From contig NC_087472.1 of assembly GCF_036321535.1 (NCBI RefSeq), forward strand, positions 93,622,001 to 93,686,000: 64,000 nt of DNA, written 5' to 3'. The position numbers were made by a program, and so were the translations under genes. Below, one piece after another: positions 1-12,029 of this stretch; within the stretch, counting starts at the first letter, position 1, and each line of letters opens with the position of its first letter. Below the pieces are notes generated by a model. It saw only the letters and a list, made by a program, of their open reading frames with translations, did not search any database and was not told where the DNA came from. This DNA is from Camelus dromedarius (Eukaryota).

Positions 1-344
1 AAAAACACAATGATGGGTGAAAACAAGTGACAGAAGAATAATTAATGATTTTATTTTTATGCAGGTCTTTATAGTTTTCATATGTAATAAAACTATTTTT
101 AAAGGTGAGAAAATAGTTGACCCAAAATCCAGGATAATTATTACCTATGGAAGAAAGGAGGAAGTTAAAACCTGCTAGAAAGGAAGCTTCAATAGTCTTA
201 ATAATATTGATAGCTTACCAGGTATGTAGATATGTTGTTATTCTTTTTATTATTTATTGCCTGGCATACACATTTACATACCCTTTTCTATGTATCATAT
301 ATTGCATAGACTTTTTTTTTAAAGAAATAATGTTCGTTAACAAG

Positions 345-473
345 GGATCTTGCTCAGCCATGTAGCGCAGAAACAGGAAAACCAGATAATCAAACCCTTG
401 TATGCCCATCCTGGCATTGTCCAGGGAAGGAAGCCTTATTAACTGGCTTTGGAAGTGTCTTGTCCCATTGCAG
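345..473 (+). CDS. Candidate penultimate coding exon of an unidentified host gene (DLAQPCSAETGKPDNQTLVCPSWHCPGKEALLTGFGSVLSHCR)
   Basis: Acceptor ttaacaag| at 344 (alternative tcttgctcag| at 357) and donor CAG|gtaaca at 473/474. The 129 nt are open, phase 2-2, non-repetitive and join in frame to the exon at 4659. Confidence 0.65.
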
Positions 474-639
474 GTAACAGTTCCATTGTTTGAGGTTGAA
501 TCAGGTTATTTTAACCTGATGCTATTGTATTAGTTTGCCTTTTCTATATGCTCATTAAGCAAACTTTGACTATGAATTGGCTTTTCATTCAAGTTTGCTT
601 TTAATTTAATAGATCCATTTGGTATATTTCCATTCCCAT

Positions 640-1440
640 TTATTAATTTATTCACCACAGATTCATTTAGCGCTTCTTTGCACCATGTACTGTTCTAGGT
701 CCTGACAGTACAGTAGTGAATTAAAGTGGTAATCCCTTCACTCATGGAGTTTATAATACAGTGGAGGAGAAAACACAGTAGGCATGTCAATATATAGATG
801 GATCATCCATGGCAGTGATGAATTGTATCAAGAAAAATAGAGATGTGTAAATAGATATAGACTGAAAGTTGTTGTTTTACATAGTGCATTCAGGAAAGGT
901 CTCCTTTATTGGATGACATTTAAGTAGAGGGCTGAATGAAAAGAGAAATAGAGCATGCAAATATCTAGGGGAAGAACATTCCTTGTAGAGTAACACCACG
1001 TGCAAATGTCTAAAATTGTAGCACAAGTTCATGGAAATTCAACGAGGCCACTGTGACTGAAACAATGCAAGTAAGCACTAGGAAGAGTGTCAGGGAATGG
1101 GATTGAAAGAAACAAAGGCCAATTAAGCAGAGCCTTGTTGTTCATAATAAATAATTTTAATTTTTATTTCATTCTCTGTGTACTGTAAAGCTCTTAAAAG
1201 CTTGTGATCAGGGGAATGGCATTATCTGACTTACTTTTTAAAAAGATGATACTGGATGCTGTGTGGAGAGTAGAATGGGATAAGAGGAGAGAGCAGAAGT
1301 ACTACACTATTGCTCTAATCCAGGTGAGAATTTAAAGTAGTTTAATCTAGGGTGAGGATAGTGTAGGTCATGAAATCTGGTTAGGTTTGAAATATATTTT
1401 GAAAGCAGAAATTATAGCATTTACTGATAAGTTGAATATG
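640..1440 (-). mobile_element. L2 LINE 3' portion
   Basis: Antisense L2 3'-end signature (catt..gcgc..catgtactgttctaggt...ctcatggagtttata) followed by typical decayed L2 body; boundaries approximate. Confidence 0.75.
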
Positions 1441-1449
1441 AGTGTGATG

Positions 1450-1830
1450 TGGATTAGTCAAGCTACTGGCAACAAGCACGTGTCACTGGGGCAGTTTGAA
1501 GTAGTTCAATAAGTGGTTTGTTTGTTTATTTGTTTGTTTTTACAAAGGTGAGAAAAGACTATAGGGAAATTACAAGGGAAAGGTCAGGACCTCAAGACTG
1601 TTACCAACAGGCAGATATTATAATCCTAGGCCTGATGGTGTGGAGGAGAAAGAGCAGTTTGTTTTCAAAAACCTGAGACAGAAAAGGCAGTGTGGAGAGT
1701 CTGACCTGACAGGAGCTATCATTAGCCATTCCTCAGTGAACCTGCAGGGAGCGAGCCAAGGGAATAAATTCCCCAGTTTCAGTCTTCTCCCTCTGCTCTC
1801 TTGATGGTACTTCCCACTGAGTCATGTGAA
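1450..1830. mobile_element. Ancient LTR-like fragment (probably ERVL class)
   Basis: Interrupts the L2; composition resembles old ERVL LTRs; family not assigned. Confidence 0.35.
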
Positions 1831-1838
1831 GAAGGTGG

Positions 1839-2513
1839 GATTTTGTATCCTGTAACTTTACTGAATTTATTAGTTCTAATAGTTGTGTGTGTGTGTGTGT
1901 GTGGGTGGGTGTGGGTGTGTGTGTAGTCTTTAGAAGTTTTCATATATAAGGTCATGTCATCAGCAAACAGATAATTTTACTTCTTCCTTTCCAATTTGGG
2001 TATGTTTTATTTAATTTTTCTTGCCTAATTTTCCAGTCTATGAGTTCCAGTACTATGTTGAATATAAGTGTCAAAAGCAGGCACCTTTTCCTTTTTCCTG
2101 ATCTTAGAGAAAAAGCTTTCAGTTTTTCACTGCTGAGTATGATGTTAGCTGTGGGCTTTCAATATATATCACCTTTATTATGTTGAGGCAAATTCCTTCT
2201 ATATCTAGTTAAGAGTTTTTATCATGAAAGGATATTGAGTTTTGTCAAAACTTTTTTGCATCTATTGTGATAATCATGTGGTTTTTATCCTTCATTCTGT
2301 TAATATGGTGTATCGCATTCATTGATTTGCTTGTGCTGAACCATACTTGCATCCTGGGGATAAATCCCAGATGTTCATGGTGTATAATCCTTGTAATGTG
2401 CTGTTGAATTTGGTTTGCTAGTTTTCTGGTGACGATTTTTGCATCTCTGTTCATCAGGAATATTAGTTTACAGTTTTCTTTTCTTGTATTATCTTTGAAT
2501 TTGGTGTCAGAGT
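1839..2513 (-). mobile_element. L1 ORF2 RT fragment, inverted arm of a 5'-inverted L1
   Basis: ORF 2245..2454(-) [39 protein letters not shown] matches L1 ORF2 RT; contains a (TG)n at about 1885-1924. Confidence 0.92.
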
Positions 2514-2517
2514 AAGT

Positions 2518-2995
2518 GACAATGAAATATTTAAAAAGGAAATTAAGAAAATAGTCTAATTTATAATTGCATCAAAAAGAATAAAATACTCAAGAATCAA
2601 ACTTAACTAAGGAGGTAAAAGCCTTGTATAGTGAAAACTATAGAACATTAGTGAAAAAATTTAAAGAAGACACAAATAAATGGAAAGACATTCCATGTTC
2701 ATGTATTGGAAGACTTAATATTGTTAAAATGCCCATACCATCCAAGGTGATCTATAGGTTCAATGCAACTCCTATCAAATTTCCAACAGTCTTTTTTCAG
2801 AAGTGGAAAGGGCAAACCTCACATTCATATGGAACTGCAGTGGGAAGTTCTAGGCATATATTTACAACATTGGACTTATAATTAACAATACTGTATTGTA
2901 CACTTAAAAATTTGTCAAAAAGGTAGATTTACAGTAAGTGTTCTTACCAAAATAAAAACACATAAGTAAAATATTTTAATTAAATTTTAAAAAAT
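2518..2995 (+). mobile_element. L1 ORF2 fragment joined to an L1MA/L1MB-type 3' end (non-inverted arm)
   Basis: ORF 2624..2881 [23 protein letters not shown] is L1 ORF2; from about 2845 it reads as L1 3'UTR (aatactgtattgtacacttaaaaatttg...ttcttacc) and an A-rich tail. Confidence 0.9.
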
Positions 2996-2999
2996 AAGG

Positions 3000-4200
3000 G
3001 AAGAGAATAAATTTGAATGGGCAAATATAAGCTATCTAGTCCCTGGAGGATAAATAAGAATTGATGATAACCCCTAAGGGTTCTCTAGCAGCAATGAGTG
3101 AATGGTGGTGAAATTTACTAAAATAAGGGCTAGGAATGGGGATGGAGGAACCAAGAGTTCTATATTATTTATATCAAGTATAAAAATACCTACTAAACTT
3201 TGGGAAAATAGAAATATTGAGTTGACAATTGAATGCAGATGTCTGGAGTTTATAGGACAGATTATAAATACAAATTTGGAAGTCATTACCCACTGGTAAT
3301 AAAGGATATCACCTAGGCAGTGACTATACACTGAGAAGACCATATAGCTGAGGATTGGGCACTGGAACACTCACATATTTACTTTAGGAAGAAAAGGAGA
3401 ATCCAACCATACGGAGTAAGAGTTATGTAGAGGAAAAACATGAGAACATGAACAGAGTGTAGAAACTATTTCACAAAGGGAGGATTGATCAACTGTGCCA
3501 AATATTGCTAAGAGGTTAAGATAACGCATGAGAACTGACCATTGAATTTGGTAACAAGTAGGTAACAAATGACTTGTTGAAACTTTTATAGCACATGTGA
3601 GAACAAATGCTTGACCAGGAAAGTTTGGGAAGAGAAAGGAGAAGGAAAAAGACAGTGAGTAGAGACCACTCTTATAGGAGTTTTGTTGCATGAGGGATAA
3701 AGAATTGGACTGATAGCTATAAGGGTGAATACAGTCAAAATAATTCTTTTTTATCTGAATTATCCCAGGATGTTGTACGCTAGTGATAATGGTTTAGTAA
3801 AAACTGATAATATAGGGAAGATAGGAGAAATTTCAGGAGGAAAGTCTTAAATAGGCAATTCACTGCACAGGTAGAGGAATTCTTACAAGAGAGGAGACAA
3901 AGTATTTCGTACAGAGGCAAGTAGGTTGTCAGATTTGATGGTAGAAGAATGGGCATACTCTCTTCTATTGTTTCCGTTCTCCCAGTGAATAAAGAAGGAA
4001 GGATATAAGCTGTGAATGAGGAAGATTGAAGCTGTGCTGAATCTTTGAGGCAGAAGAAGCTGTGGAATAGTCAACTCAGAAAACAGGAGAATGAGTCTAG
4101 TAGGGGTATGGGGAATCTCAGTGGCCTGGAAGCAGAGAGGGTTCACTTGTGGTTTCATATTCTACAAGTCAAATGAGGCAGCATGGTTATTTGTTTCTCT
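3000..4200 (-). mobile_element. L2 LINE body, continuation of the 640-1440 element
   Basis: Purine-rich antisense L2 ORF2 remnant (gatgtctggagtt...aaatttggaagtcatt...tcaactgtgccaaatattgct). Confidence 0.75.
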
Positions 4201-4658
4201 CTATTTCAGACCCTTGAGGACAGGAGTGGAGTAGGCAAATACCTGGATTCAACTAAATTCTGAATTCTTTTGCTAGTTGAGGATAATGGAGAGTTGGGAG
4301 CAAAGGAACTTAGACTCTACATAATGAAATTATCTTAATAATGAGCCTTGAAATTTAACTATAAAAAAAGAATTAAGAGGGGGGGAGATGAAAAGAGCAA
4401 ATTTGGTAGGGTCGGCAGATTGGAGGTCCCATTGGAGCCAACTTTCACTGTAATCACCAAGTGTGTTCAACCAGAGAAGAACTAGAGTTCCCTTTTACTT
4501 CACTACTGTATGGCCTGTGAGTGTATATAGTTTAGGAGAACAGGATGAGCCAGAGCACTATAATCTGTACCCAAGCTATTAAAGCAAAAGCAATTTGATT
4601 ACAAGATTAAAATAATTCACTCTAAGACATGACTGACTGATAAGCTTAATTTTCCCAG

Positions 4659-4830
4659 AAGCTATTACCTTAATCTAAGAGGAACTTCCTACTCCGGGAC
4701 AGAGATTTTTTTAGAAGAAGCCTTCCAGAACCATTTGAACATCCCAGGACATTACTATAACTACTCTTACAGTCCAGCAAGACGGCAGCCTGATTCTGAA
4801 AGTGACAGTGAAAGAGGGGCTTTTATGTGA
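4659..4830 (+). CDS. Candidate terminal coding exon of an unidentified host gene (SYYLNLRGTSYSGTEIFLEEAFQNHLNIPGHYYNYSYSPARRQPDSESDSERGAFM*)
   Basis: Branch-like ctgac about 25 nt upstream, acceptor ttttcccag| at 4658, then 56 open codons to TGA at 4828-4830. An in-frame stop lies just upstream of the acceptor, and the phase matches the donor at 473. Confidence 0.68.
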
Positions 4831-5119
4831 TTGCCTCTGTGGGTTTGGGGATTTAAGAAACAGTCATTTCTATAACACCTATATTACCTCTGTCACAGAA
4901 AGGGCTTGTCTTGTTTTCTGCCCTTATAGATACGACACCCCCTCGAGGGGGAAGAGATTTGTAAACCAGTATCATGAAGTCCATACCAAGATTAGTAAAA
5001 ATTTTTCTGTAAAGATTTCATAAGATATTGGCAAAACTTAAATTTAAATGTGCTTCCTAGATTTTAGAATTACCCATTCAAATTTCTGGGAAGCCCAGAA
5101 ACTTCAGGATGCCATTTGG

Positions 5120-5125
5120 AATAAA
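5120..5125 (+). terminator. Polyadenylation signal AATAAA for the candidate gene
   Basis: AATAAA about 290 nt downstream of the stop at 4830. Confidence 0.5.
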
Positions 5126-5579
5126 AGATTAAAAAAAAAAACCTTTATATTCTAGACCAAATTCCATTACAAACAAATAATTAAAATAGCAAAATGTATG
5201 CTAATCAAATTATTAACAGAGGGTCCTGTGAAAGAGTGATAGGAGAGACTGTTTTGGGGTAGACATGGAGCTTAGATGGGCTTCCAGGAGAGACATTTGA
5301 GCACAACATTGAAGGAAGAACAGCAGAGCAGCACACAGCCACCTAACACAAATTTTCTTCTGGGCTCTTGTGTATGCATATCCCCACTCCTCTGCCTCAT
5401 CCTCATTCTGCCCCAGTCTCTTTTCTGTGTGGGATCCAGCAAGGAAGCAGTTGGAGGTTAACACATGGTCTGTGACGGGAGGAAGGAGACAGCATGACAT
5501 ATTTTAGAAAATGGAAAGTCTTGGTATGATTGGAGCACGAATCAGTGCAAACAGCAGTATAACTTGGAATGCTTTATTG

Positions 5580-6109
5580 TGGCAGTTCTCAAACTTTTTG
5601 ACCTCAGGATCCTTTGCATGCTTAAAAATTATTGAGAATTACAAAGTTCTTGTACTTAAGTGATTTACATCTCCTGTTATTTGCCGTACTAGAAATTAAA
5701 GCTGAGAAGTATTTAAGTATTTATTAATTTATTTATTTTGAAGAAGAATAAATCCATTGCATGTTAACATAAATAATATATTTTTATAAAAGGTAATTAA
5801 TTTTTCCCAACAAAATAAATTTAATGTAAAGATTACCATTGTTTTACAGTATTGAATTTTTTATTATCTGGTTTAATAGAAGGCATCTGGATTCTCATAT
5901 CTGCATCTTCAAGCAATCTGTTGCAATATCACAAATTATTCAGTGTCTGGAAAACTTGACTGTACATTTGTGAGGGAATAAGGCAAAAAAGGCAAATAAC
6001 ATTTTAAGATTATCATAAATATAATTTTGACCTTTCAGACCCACTAAAAGTGTTTCAGGGACCCATCCTCACTCCCCATGGGTCTCCAAGCAGACTTTGA
6101 GAACTGCTA
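5580..6109 (+). mobile_element. hAT-Charlie non-autonomous DNA transposon (MER119-like)
   Basis: Terminal inverted repeats gcagttctcaaa / tttgagaactgc; decayed 8-bp flanks ctttattg / ctttctta; about 530 bp. Confidence 0.8.
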
Positions 6110-7254
6110 CTTTCTTATAAAGGCACATAGAGAACAAGTTGGATTTTATCTAGTAGGTGATGCATAGAAACTTGAATAATTTTAGCAAGGATTGGATTTG
6201 CATTTTAAATGATTACTCTCAGCATGGGAAATAATTGGATAAAGGCAAGGTTAGATATTTGGAAACTAGTTAAATCTGAACAATTTTTCACATTCTATCT
6301 AGAAGGACTGTTTTACAAACCCATATATCATACTGGTGATACTTTTTATATCTCTACCTTCCCTTATTTAAGAGTGTTACATTAAAGTAAGTATTGCTTT
6401 TGATTCATCTTTATAACTACAGCTTTTGGTAGAGTGTCTACAAAGTAGGTACCCAGTAAAGATATGTTAAAAATAATGAAAGAAACAACTAAATGGCTGT
6501 CAGAATATTGCAGTTAAATGATCTAGTCTTGAACTTGAAAGCTGTGGCAACAAAGATAGAGTGGATTTGCAAGATATATTTATTTCACTGTTGACTGACT
6601 GGAAATGCTGTTGACCTACTTATTGGATAAGGACTGAAAGAAAGATAAGGAACATGGGACCCTGATTCAGGGAAGATAGGTGGGTAGAATAAGGTGGGGT
6701 TTGAAAGAGTGATTTCTGGTTTCATTTTGAATATGGTGAATTTCAGATGCTTGTGGGGTTTGAGCCTCTCCTAGCACCTTAAGCGGTTTTAAAGCTACAT
6801 AGTGTCTTATTTAATTAAGCCAGGATCACAGTATATTCTAATATTTGTTTTCAGTGCTTTAATATTTTAGTATTTGTTTTAATACATTTGATGTTTTAGT
6901 GTTTATTTTTAATGTCTCAGTATTTTAAATATTTAATCAGAATTCTTGGATTTTTGCTGTCCTAAATTTCTGATTCCATTAGCAGATGCCGATTTACTGC
7001 CAACCAAGTGGGATTAATTTGGCTGTTGCATAGTGACTTTTCAAATTCACTACTTCTAAGTTCCATCCATAATGTGGGAAGTAGAACTACCCCTATAGCT
7101 CTGTGAAGGAATCTGCTGATCCCACTCTTAATATGAATGTGCGGTGCATAGCAGGAGATACAGCATTTGACTTAGAGAAATTGATGAGCTTTCCTGTCAC
7201 CATCCTCCTACTTTACAATCCCCAGCTAGGGTTGATGACAGATTTAAAAGTATG

Positions 7255-7470
7255 CCTATCCAGCTTCTAGAAGCTGGAAAAGGCAAGGAAATAGATTCTC
7301 CCCTAGAACCTCCAGAGAGAAGTACAGACCTGTCAGAGCCTTGATTTTAGCCCAGTGAGACCCATTTCCAATGTTTGACCTATACAGCTGTAAGATAATA
7401 AATCTGTGTTGTTTTAGGCCAAAAATAAGTAAATGTACACCTTTCAGGAAGCATGGATTTTGGTAATTCA
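7255..7470 (+). mobile_element. MaLR LTR 3' half (MLT1C/D-like)
   Basis: ctagaagctggaaaaggcaaggaaatagattctcccctagaacctccaga...gtaagataataaatctgtgttgtttta. Confidence 0.88.
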
Positions 7471-8072
7471 CAATTCATTAAATAGACATCATGTGATTGA
7501 AAAGAAAGAAGCATCATGCAAAGAAATGTGTTGTGAACAACTTAAGATGAGTTCAGAAGGTAACAAAACAATCTAGCTTCATGTTTTCAAGAGAGTAACC
7601 CCAATAGACAGGAAAGAACACTGTAAACACTAAAGGGATGCAGTTCTCATGTTCTTTATTGCCGCTCATTTTTCCATTTGGCCAGAGTTGCTGTTTTTCC
7701 AGTACTTTTCAATTTAATACCATCCTGTCTTCACATTTTGTTTCCAATGTACTCTGCAAGCCTAATTGTTGCCCTGTCCCAGGAGGATGTGAATAATTTT
7801 GAAGTTAGAAAGAGAAGCATCTGCATAGATAGAAAATAGCAGTCATTTCATTATAATTAGTCTCTTTGTCTTTTATTTATGCCAGAAATGTATCAATATC
7901 TTCAAAAAATGAATGACTACCACCTGCCTAAAAAGCTGAATGCAGCCCCCCAACTCTAATTGTTTTCTTTGCTTCAAATTAAAATCATGTTGGTGAAAGT
8001 TTGAGCTCTTGATTTATATCACACATTTCTACTGGTTGCATAGTTCAGTGACTTACAGAAAGTGTACCATTG

Positions 8073-8074
<2 letters not shown>

Positions 8075-8106
<32 letters not shown>
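8075..8106. repeat. (AT)n microsatellite
   Basis: Direct reading. Confidence 0.95.
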
Positions 8107-8110
<4 letters not shown>

Positions 8111-9689
8111 GCAAAATAAATTATCTTTGATTTTCATCAATTATTAGTTGTGCATTTAATAAAGCACATAGTAAACATAGAAAACTGAATATCCGTGCAT
8201 CTCACTAGAAATAATTGTATAATTTAAGTGAATAACAGAACATTATTTCTAAGGGTATGTAAAGTGAATATTCATGATAATGTGTGAAATAAAGCTATAA
8301 AACTAAAATACAAAATGATCCCGGTATAGTCTAATGGAATTCTTACCTTCTCTCATGATAGAGAATTAAACATGTTAGATTTAAAAGTAATCAAAGGTGT
8401 ATTTTATGAAACATGTATCATTGGAGTAGTGCCACTATTTCTCCTCTCATTTATATGCAGAGGGGAATTTCTATTCTTCTCCATTTTTGGAATAATTCTG
8501 CCTTTACTCCTAATGTGATACTGAAAGACTGAAATATAAGCAGGCCACATTTCACTGGTGGGCAGACCCACTGTTCACGTGTAGCACACTCTCTTGCTCT
8601 CTTGCCCACACTTTTGCTTCAGTGCTCAGACATGTTGGGCACTCTTGGGCTTCTTGTCAACATGAAGTAAGTATGCTTGGACGGTGTTGAGGGCCCACCT
8701 TTAGTGGAAATGCTGGCTATCTTTCCTGCTAGTGTTGTCTTTCACCATTGAATCTCTGTGTAAGTTGGACGTGGCAGCCTTGTCTATGCACTGTTTGGAT
8801 ACAGAGACTCACTGCTCTGCAAGTCACATCAACTCTCTGTTTATATGTTTGTTTGGCTTTTTTCCCATCTTTCTCTCCCCTCCCCCAACCAACCCATCCA
8901 CTTTCCATGGACATTCAGTTCAAAGATTTAGATTCTGGGTGAGTTAGGAGATCCCCACTTCAGTTTCCAACTTGAACCATGTTTCCTAGTCCAGCTTTTA
9001 CTGGAGAATGTTGTGGAGGTCAGGGAAATGGTGGCTATAAAATACTTCAAAAATTAGTGAATCCACTTGATGTGAAAAGGGGTGAATGGAGGATTTGGTT
9101 GCTTGGATTCAGTTTTATAAAATGCAAATGAGAGGGCTACAATACATGATGTATGTGGCCAGTTTTAGCCAAATACAAGTTGAAACTCTGAAGCAACATG
9201 GCTAATTTTCTTATATAGCTTCTAAGTAAACCCTAAAGTCAATTGTGAAAAAAAATGAGACTACAAATAAAGTATAATATCATATTCTTTGGAATAGATA
9301 TATTGCTTTCCACGGTGACTACTCTGAAGGGTAGTGCTCTTTTGGAACAGAAATTATTTAGTGGGTTTGTTAAAATTAGTACGTATTGTCATTCATTTTA
9401 GTTATACCATTTATATCAAGAGAAAATCACTCAAATAGCATGTGTTCATTACTGAGTGACCTGTAAAGATACTTATAACCAAACAGATCCAGATTAGGGA
9501 AGGGTCCCAAAGATGTGGGCAGTTGGGAAACAATTTTAAAGAGTTGAGAGAAACAGATCAGTTGAACAACTGGCAAGAGGAAAAAGAAGAGTCCTCCTGG
9601 CAAAGGTTAAAAAGCCACAGGATTGATACTACACAAAGCTTGTTTCTTTTCAGAACATGAACAGATACATTTTCATCAGGCTGATGATT

Positions 9690-10052
9690 CACATATGGTA
9701 AAAGGGGATTTGCGTGCGTGATTAAATTAAAGATTTTGAGATGGGGAGATTATCCTGGATGGGCCCATAAGGATCCTTGCAAGAGAGAGGCAGGAAGGTC
9801 AGAGTCAGCGAAAGAGACCTGATAGTGAAAACAGAGGTCAGAGAGATGTGGGGCCATGAGGCAAGGGATGTAGGCAGCCTTTAGAAGCTGGAAAAGGAAA
9901 ATAAATATGTTTTCCCCTGGGGCCTTCAGAAGGAATGCAGCCTTGACTACCCATTTTAGGCTCTGACCTGCAGAACTATAAGATGACAAATTTGTGGTGT
10001 TCTAAGCACTAAGCTCATGGTAATTTATTACAGCAGCAATAGGAAACTAATA
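9690..10052 (+). mobile_element. MaLR LTR (MLT1C/D-like)
   Basis: gattttgagatggggagattatcctggatgggccc...cagcagcaataggaaactaata. Confidence 0.88.
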
Positions 10053-10199
10053 AGGTGATGTATGTGTAAATTAATCTCTGCAAGGCACTTTACAGCATCT
10101 TTAAAGTATTTCTGAGCTGAGATGGAGGAGTTAAGACCATGCAATGTTGTGTGCTGTCAGACTGGAAACGGCCGCACTAGATCTGCCCAAAACATGATG

Positions 10200-10480
10200 G
10201 TTAAAAACATAGAATCCAGGGCATGGGTTTGAATCCTGTCCCTGCCCTTTCCTAGTTATATAATCTTGGGCAAGCTATTTGACATTTCTGTGCTTCTGTG
10301 ACCTTATATGTAAAGTGGGATTAGTTATTGCAGCTCTCTCCTCAGAGAGAATTGTGTGATAAAATTAATACAAATTGATTTTATTTAATTAATATTACAT
10401 AAATGCACACTTTTGAAATATTTAGAACATTTCATGGTACATAGCAAGCACTATGTAAAGGTTTGCTGTCATTATTATTA
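10200..10480 (+). mobile_element. MIR SINE
   Basis: Core gggtttgaatcctg...cttgggcaagctatttgac.tttctgtgcttctg...tgtaaagtggga. Confidence 0.8.
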
Positions 10481-10519
10481 TTTAGTGTCATCCTAAGGTA
10501 AATTCTGTGGTCACAAAGC

Positions 10520-10660
10520 TCAAGGCTCTGTACTTGATTTTATGTATTTTAACATTTGTATCAGTGACTTGAATAATGACATTAAAGGACAGTGACATTA
10601 AATTGGAGCTATAAATCTAATGCCAGGCTAAAGCCAATGGAATGAAATATATTTAGGCTT
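10520..10660 (+). mobile_element. L3/CR1 LINE RT fragment
   Basis: ggctctgtacttg...tttaacatttgtatcagtgacttg resembles the CR1 RT segment (GSVLGP.LFNIFINDL). Confidence 0.5.
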
Positions 10661-11199
10661 AAAAAAACAAAGGTTTACATCCCAAATATTCGCCAGCATT
10701 TTGATATATTTACTTTAAATATGAGTACCACATTGTGATCTGTTACACAGCTTGAATTGCAAATACACTTAAACAAACTTTAGATATTTTTCAAGGATAA
10801 ACCATGCAGTTTTATATATCATAGGACTAAATTAGCAGAAAATCCATCATCTCTTTTCTCGCCGTAACCACTCCTCAGGTCCAATTTGTTGAAAACGTAT
10901 GGCTTATACAGACCTAAATATTGGCAGATATCATGGGGAGGGAAGGTCAGTCCAACTTCTAAACCCAAGTAAGGATTATCAGATAAATATCTTAATGTTT
11001 TGTCTTAACTACTTCCAGATAAAGATATTTGACAACTAAAATCTTACAATCTTATAGCTAATCCCTACAAAAGCCACCAGTAAGAATCTTCAAGGGAGGC
11101 TGATTTCATTCCTGCAATACTTAGCTCACCCATGGAGTCCTTTGTTTTCTGTACCCATGGATATACTTTTTAGGACTCAGGATTATTCATTCTATACCA

Positions 11200-11480
11200 G
11201 CTAGGAATACACCACCAAAATTGCTTAAAGACAGTAATTGAAAAAGTTAAAAAAAAAAAAAAAAAAAGATCGGTCATCGCTTGCCTAGAGCTAGGGTCAT
11301 GGGAGAGGAATGAATGCAAAATAGCATAAGGGAAATTTTGAGAGATGATGGAAATTATCTATATCAAATTATCTATATCATGATTGCTGTGGTAGTTATA
11401 TGATTGAATACATTTGTTAAAACTCATCAAACCATACACATAAAATGTGTGAATTGCTTTGCATTTGAATTATACTTCCC
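11200..11480 (+). mobile_element. Old L1 3' end (L1MC/MD/ME-like)
   Basis: gatgatggaaattatctatatc...catttgttaaaactcatcaaaccatacac. Confidence 0.75.
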
Positions 11481-12029
11481 TTAAGCTATTTCCTTCCATT
11501 CTCCTTTATTCTCTTGCCCTAGAGAACCAGGGTCCTCATTTTCATCTTCCTAAGCCTGAAGTATGTTGTAGAACTATCTTTCTGTGTCCAGAGAGCTTTA
11601 TATTCCACTTATTTTTAAATTTAGGTTTTAATTTAAATATAATAAATTGCCCTTTCAATACTTATTAAGTCTGATATTTTCTTATTTTACCCTCTTTACA
11701 TAAATGGAAGCATACTCTTCACACTTTTTCAAAAAAATTCACCCAGCAGAATATCTATTGAATGCACACTGTTAGGCAGTGTATAGCTGCACTGGATAAA
11801 ATAGGGAGAAAAACAAATAAAAACCTAATATATTAATGTTAGGTGATATGCTAAGTCCAGAAAGCCCAGAAGCATACCCACACCCATAAGGGCACTCAAA
11901 TTATGAAAAAATGGTCACTGAATTTTGTATTGGGAGAATAGCTTCATAAACTTGGAGAAAGGGGACAATTTCACCAACTATAAAGGCAAAGATTGTCATG
12001 TTGGAGTATTTTAGAAGTAAGAAATTCTC

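Noticed and set aside
147..365. 72-aa hydrophobic ORF
   Set aside because: Lies in AT-rich decayed L1 3'-like sequence; hydrophobicity is explained by T-richness.
4802..5023. ORF-track 73-aa ORF
   Set aside because: GTG start, overlaps the candidate exon's stop and 3'UTR in another frame, no recognisable motif.
4440..5142. Processed pseudogene suggested by AATAAA plus an A-run at 5131-5141
   Set aside because: No TSD found; the ORF starts at a splice acceptor and joins an upstream exon in phase, favouring a genuine last exon.
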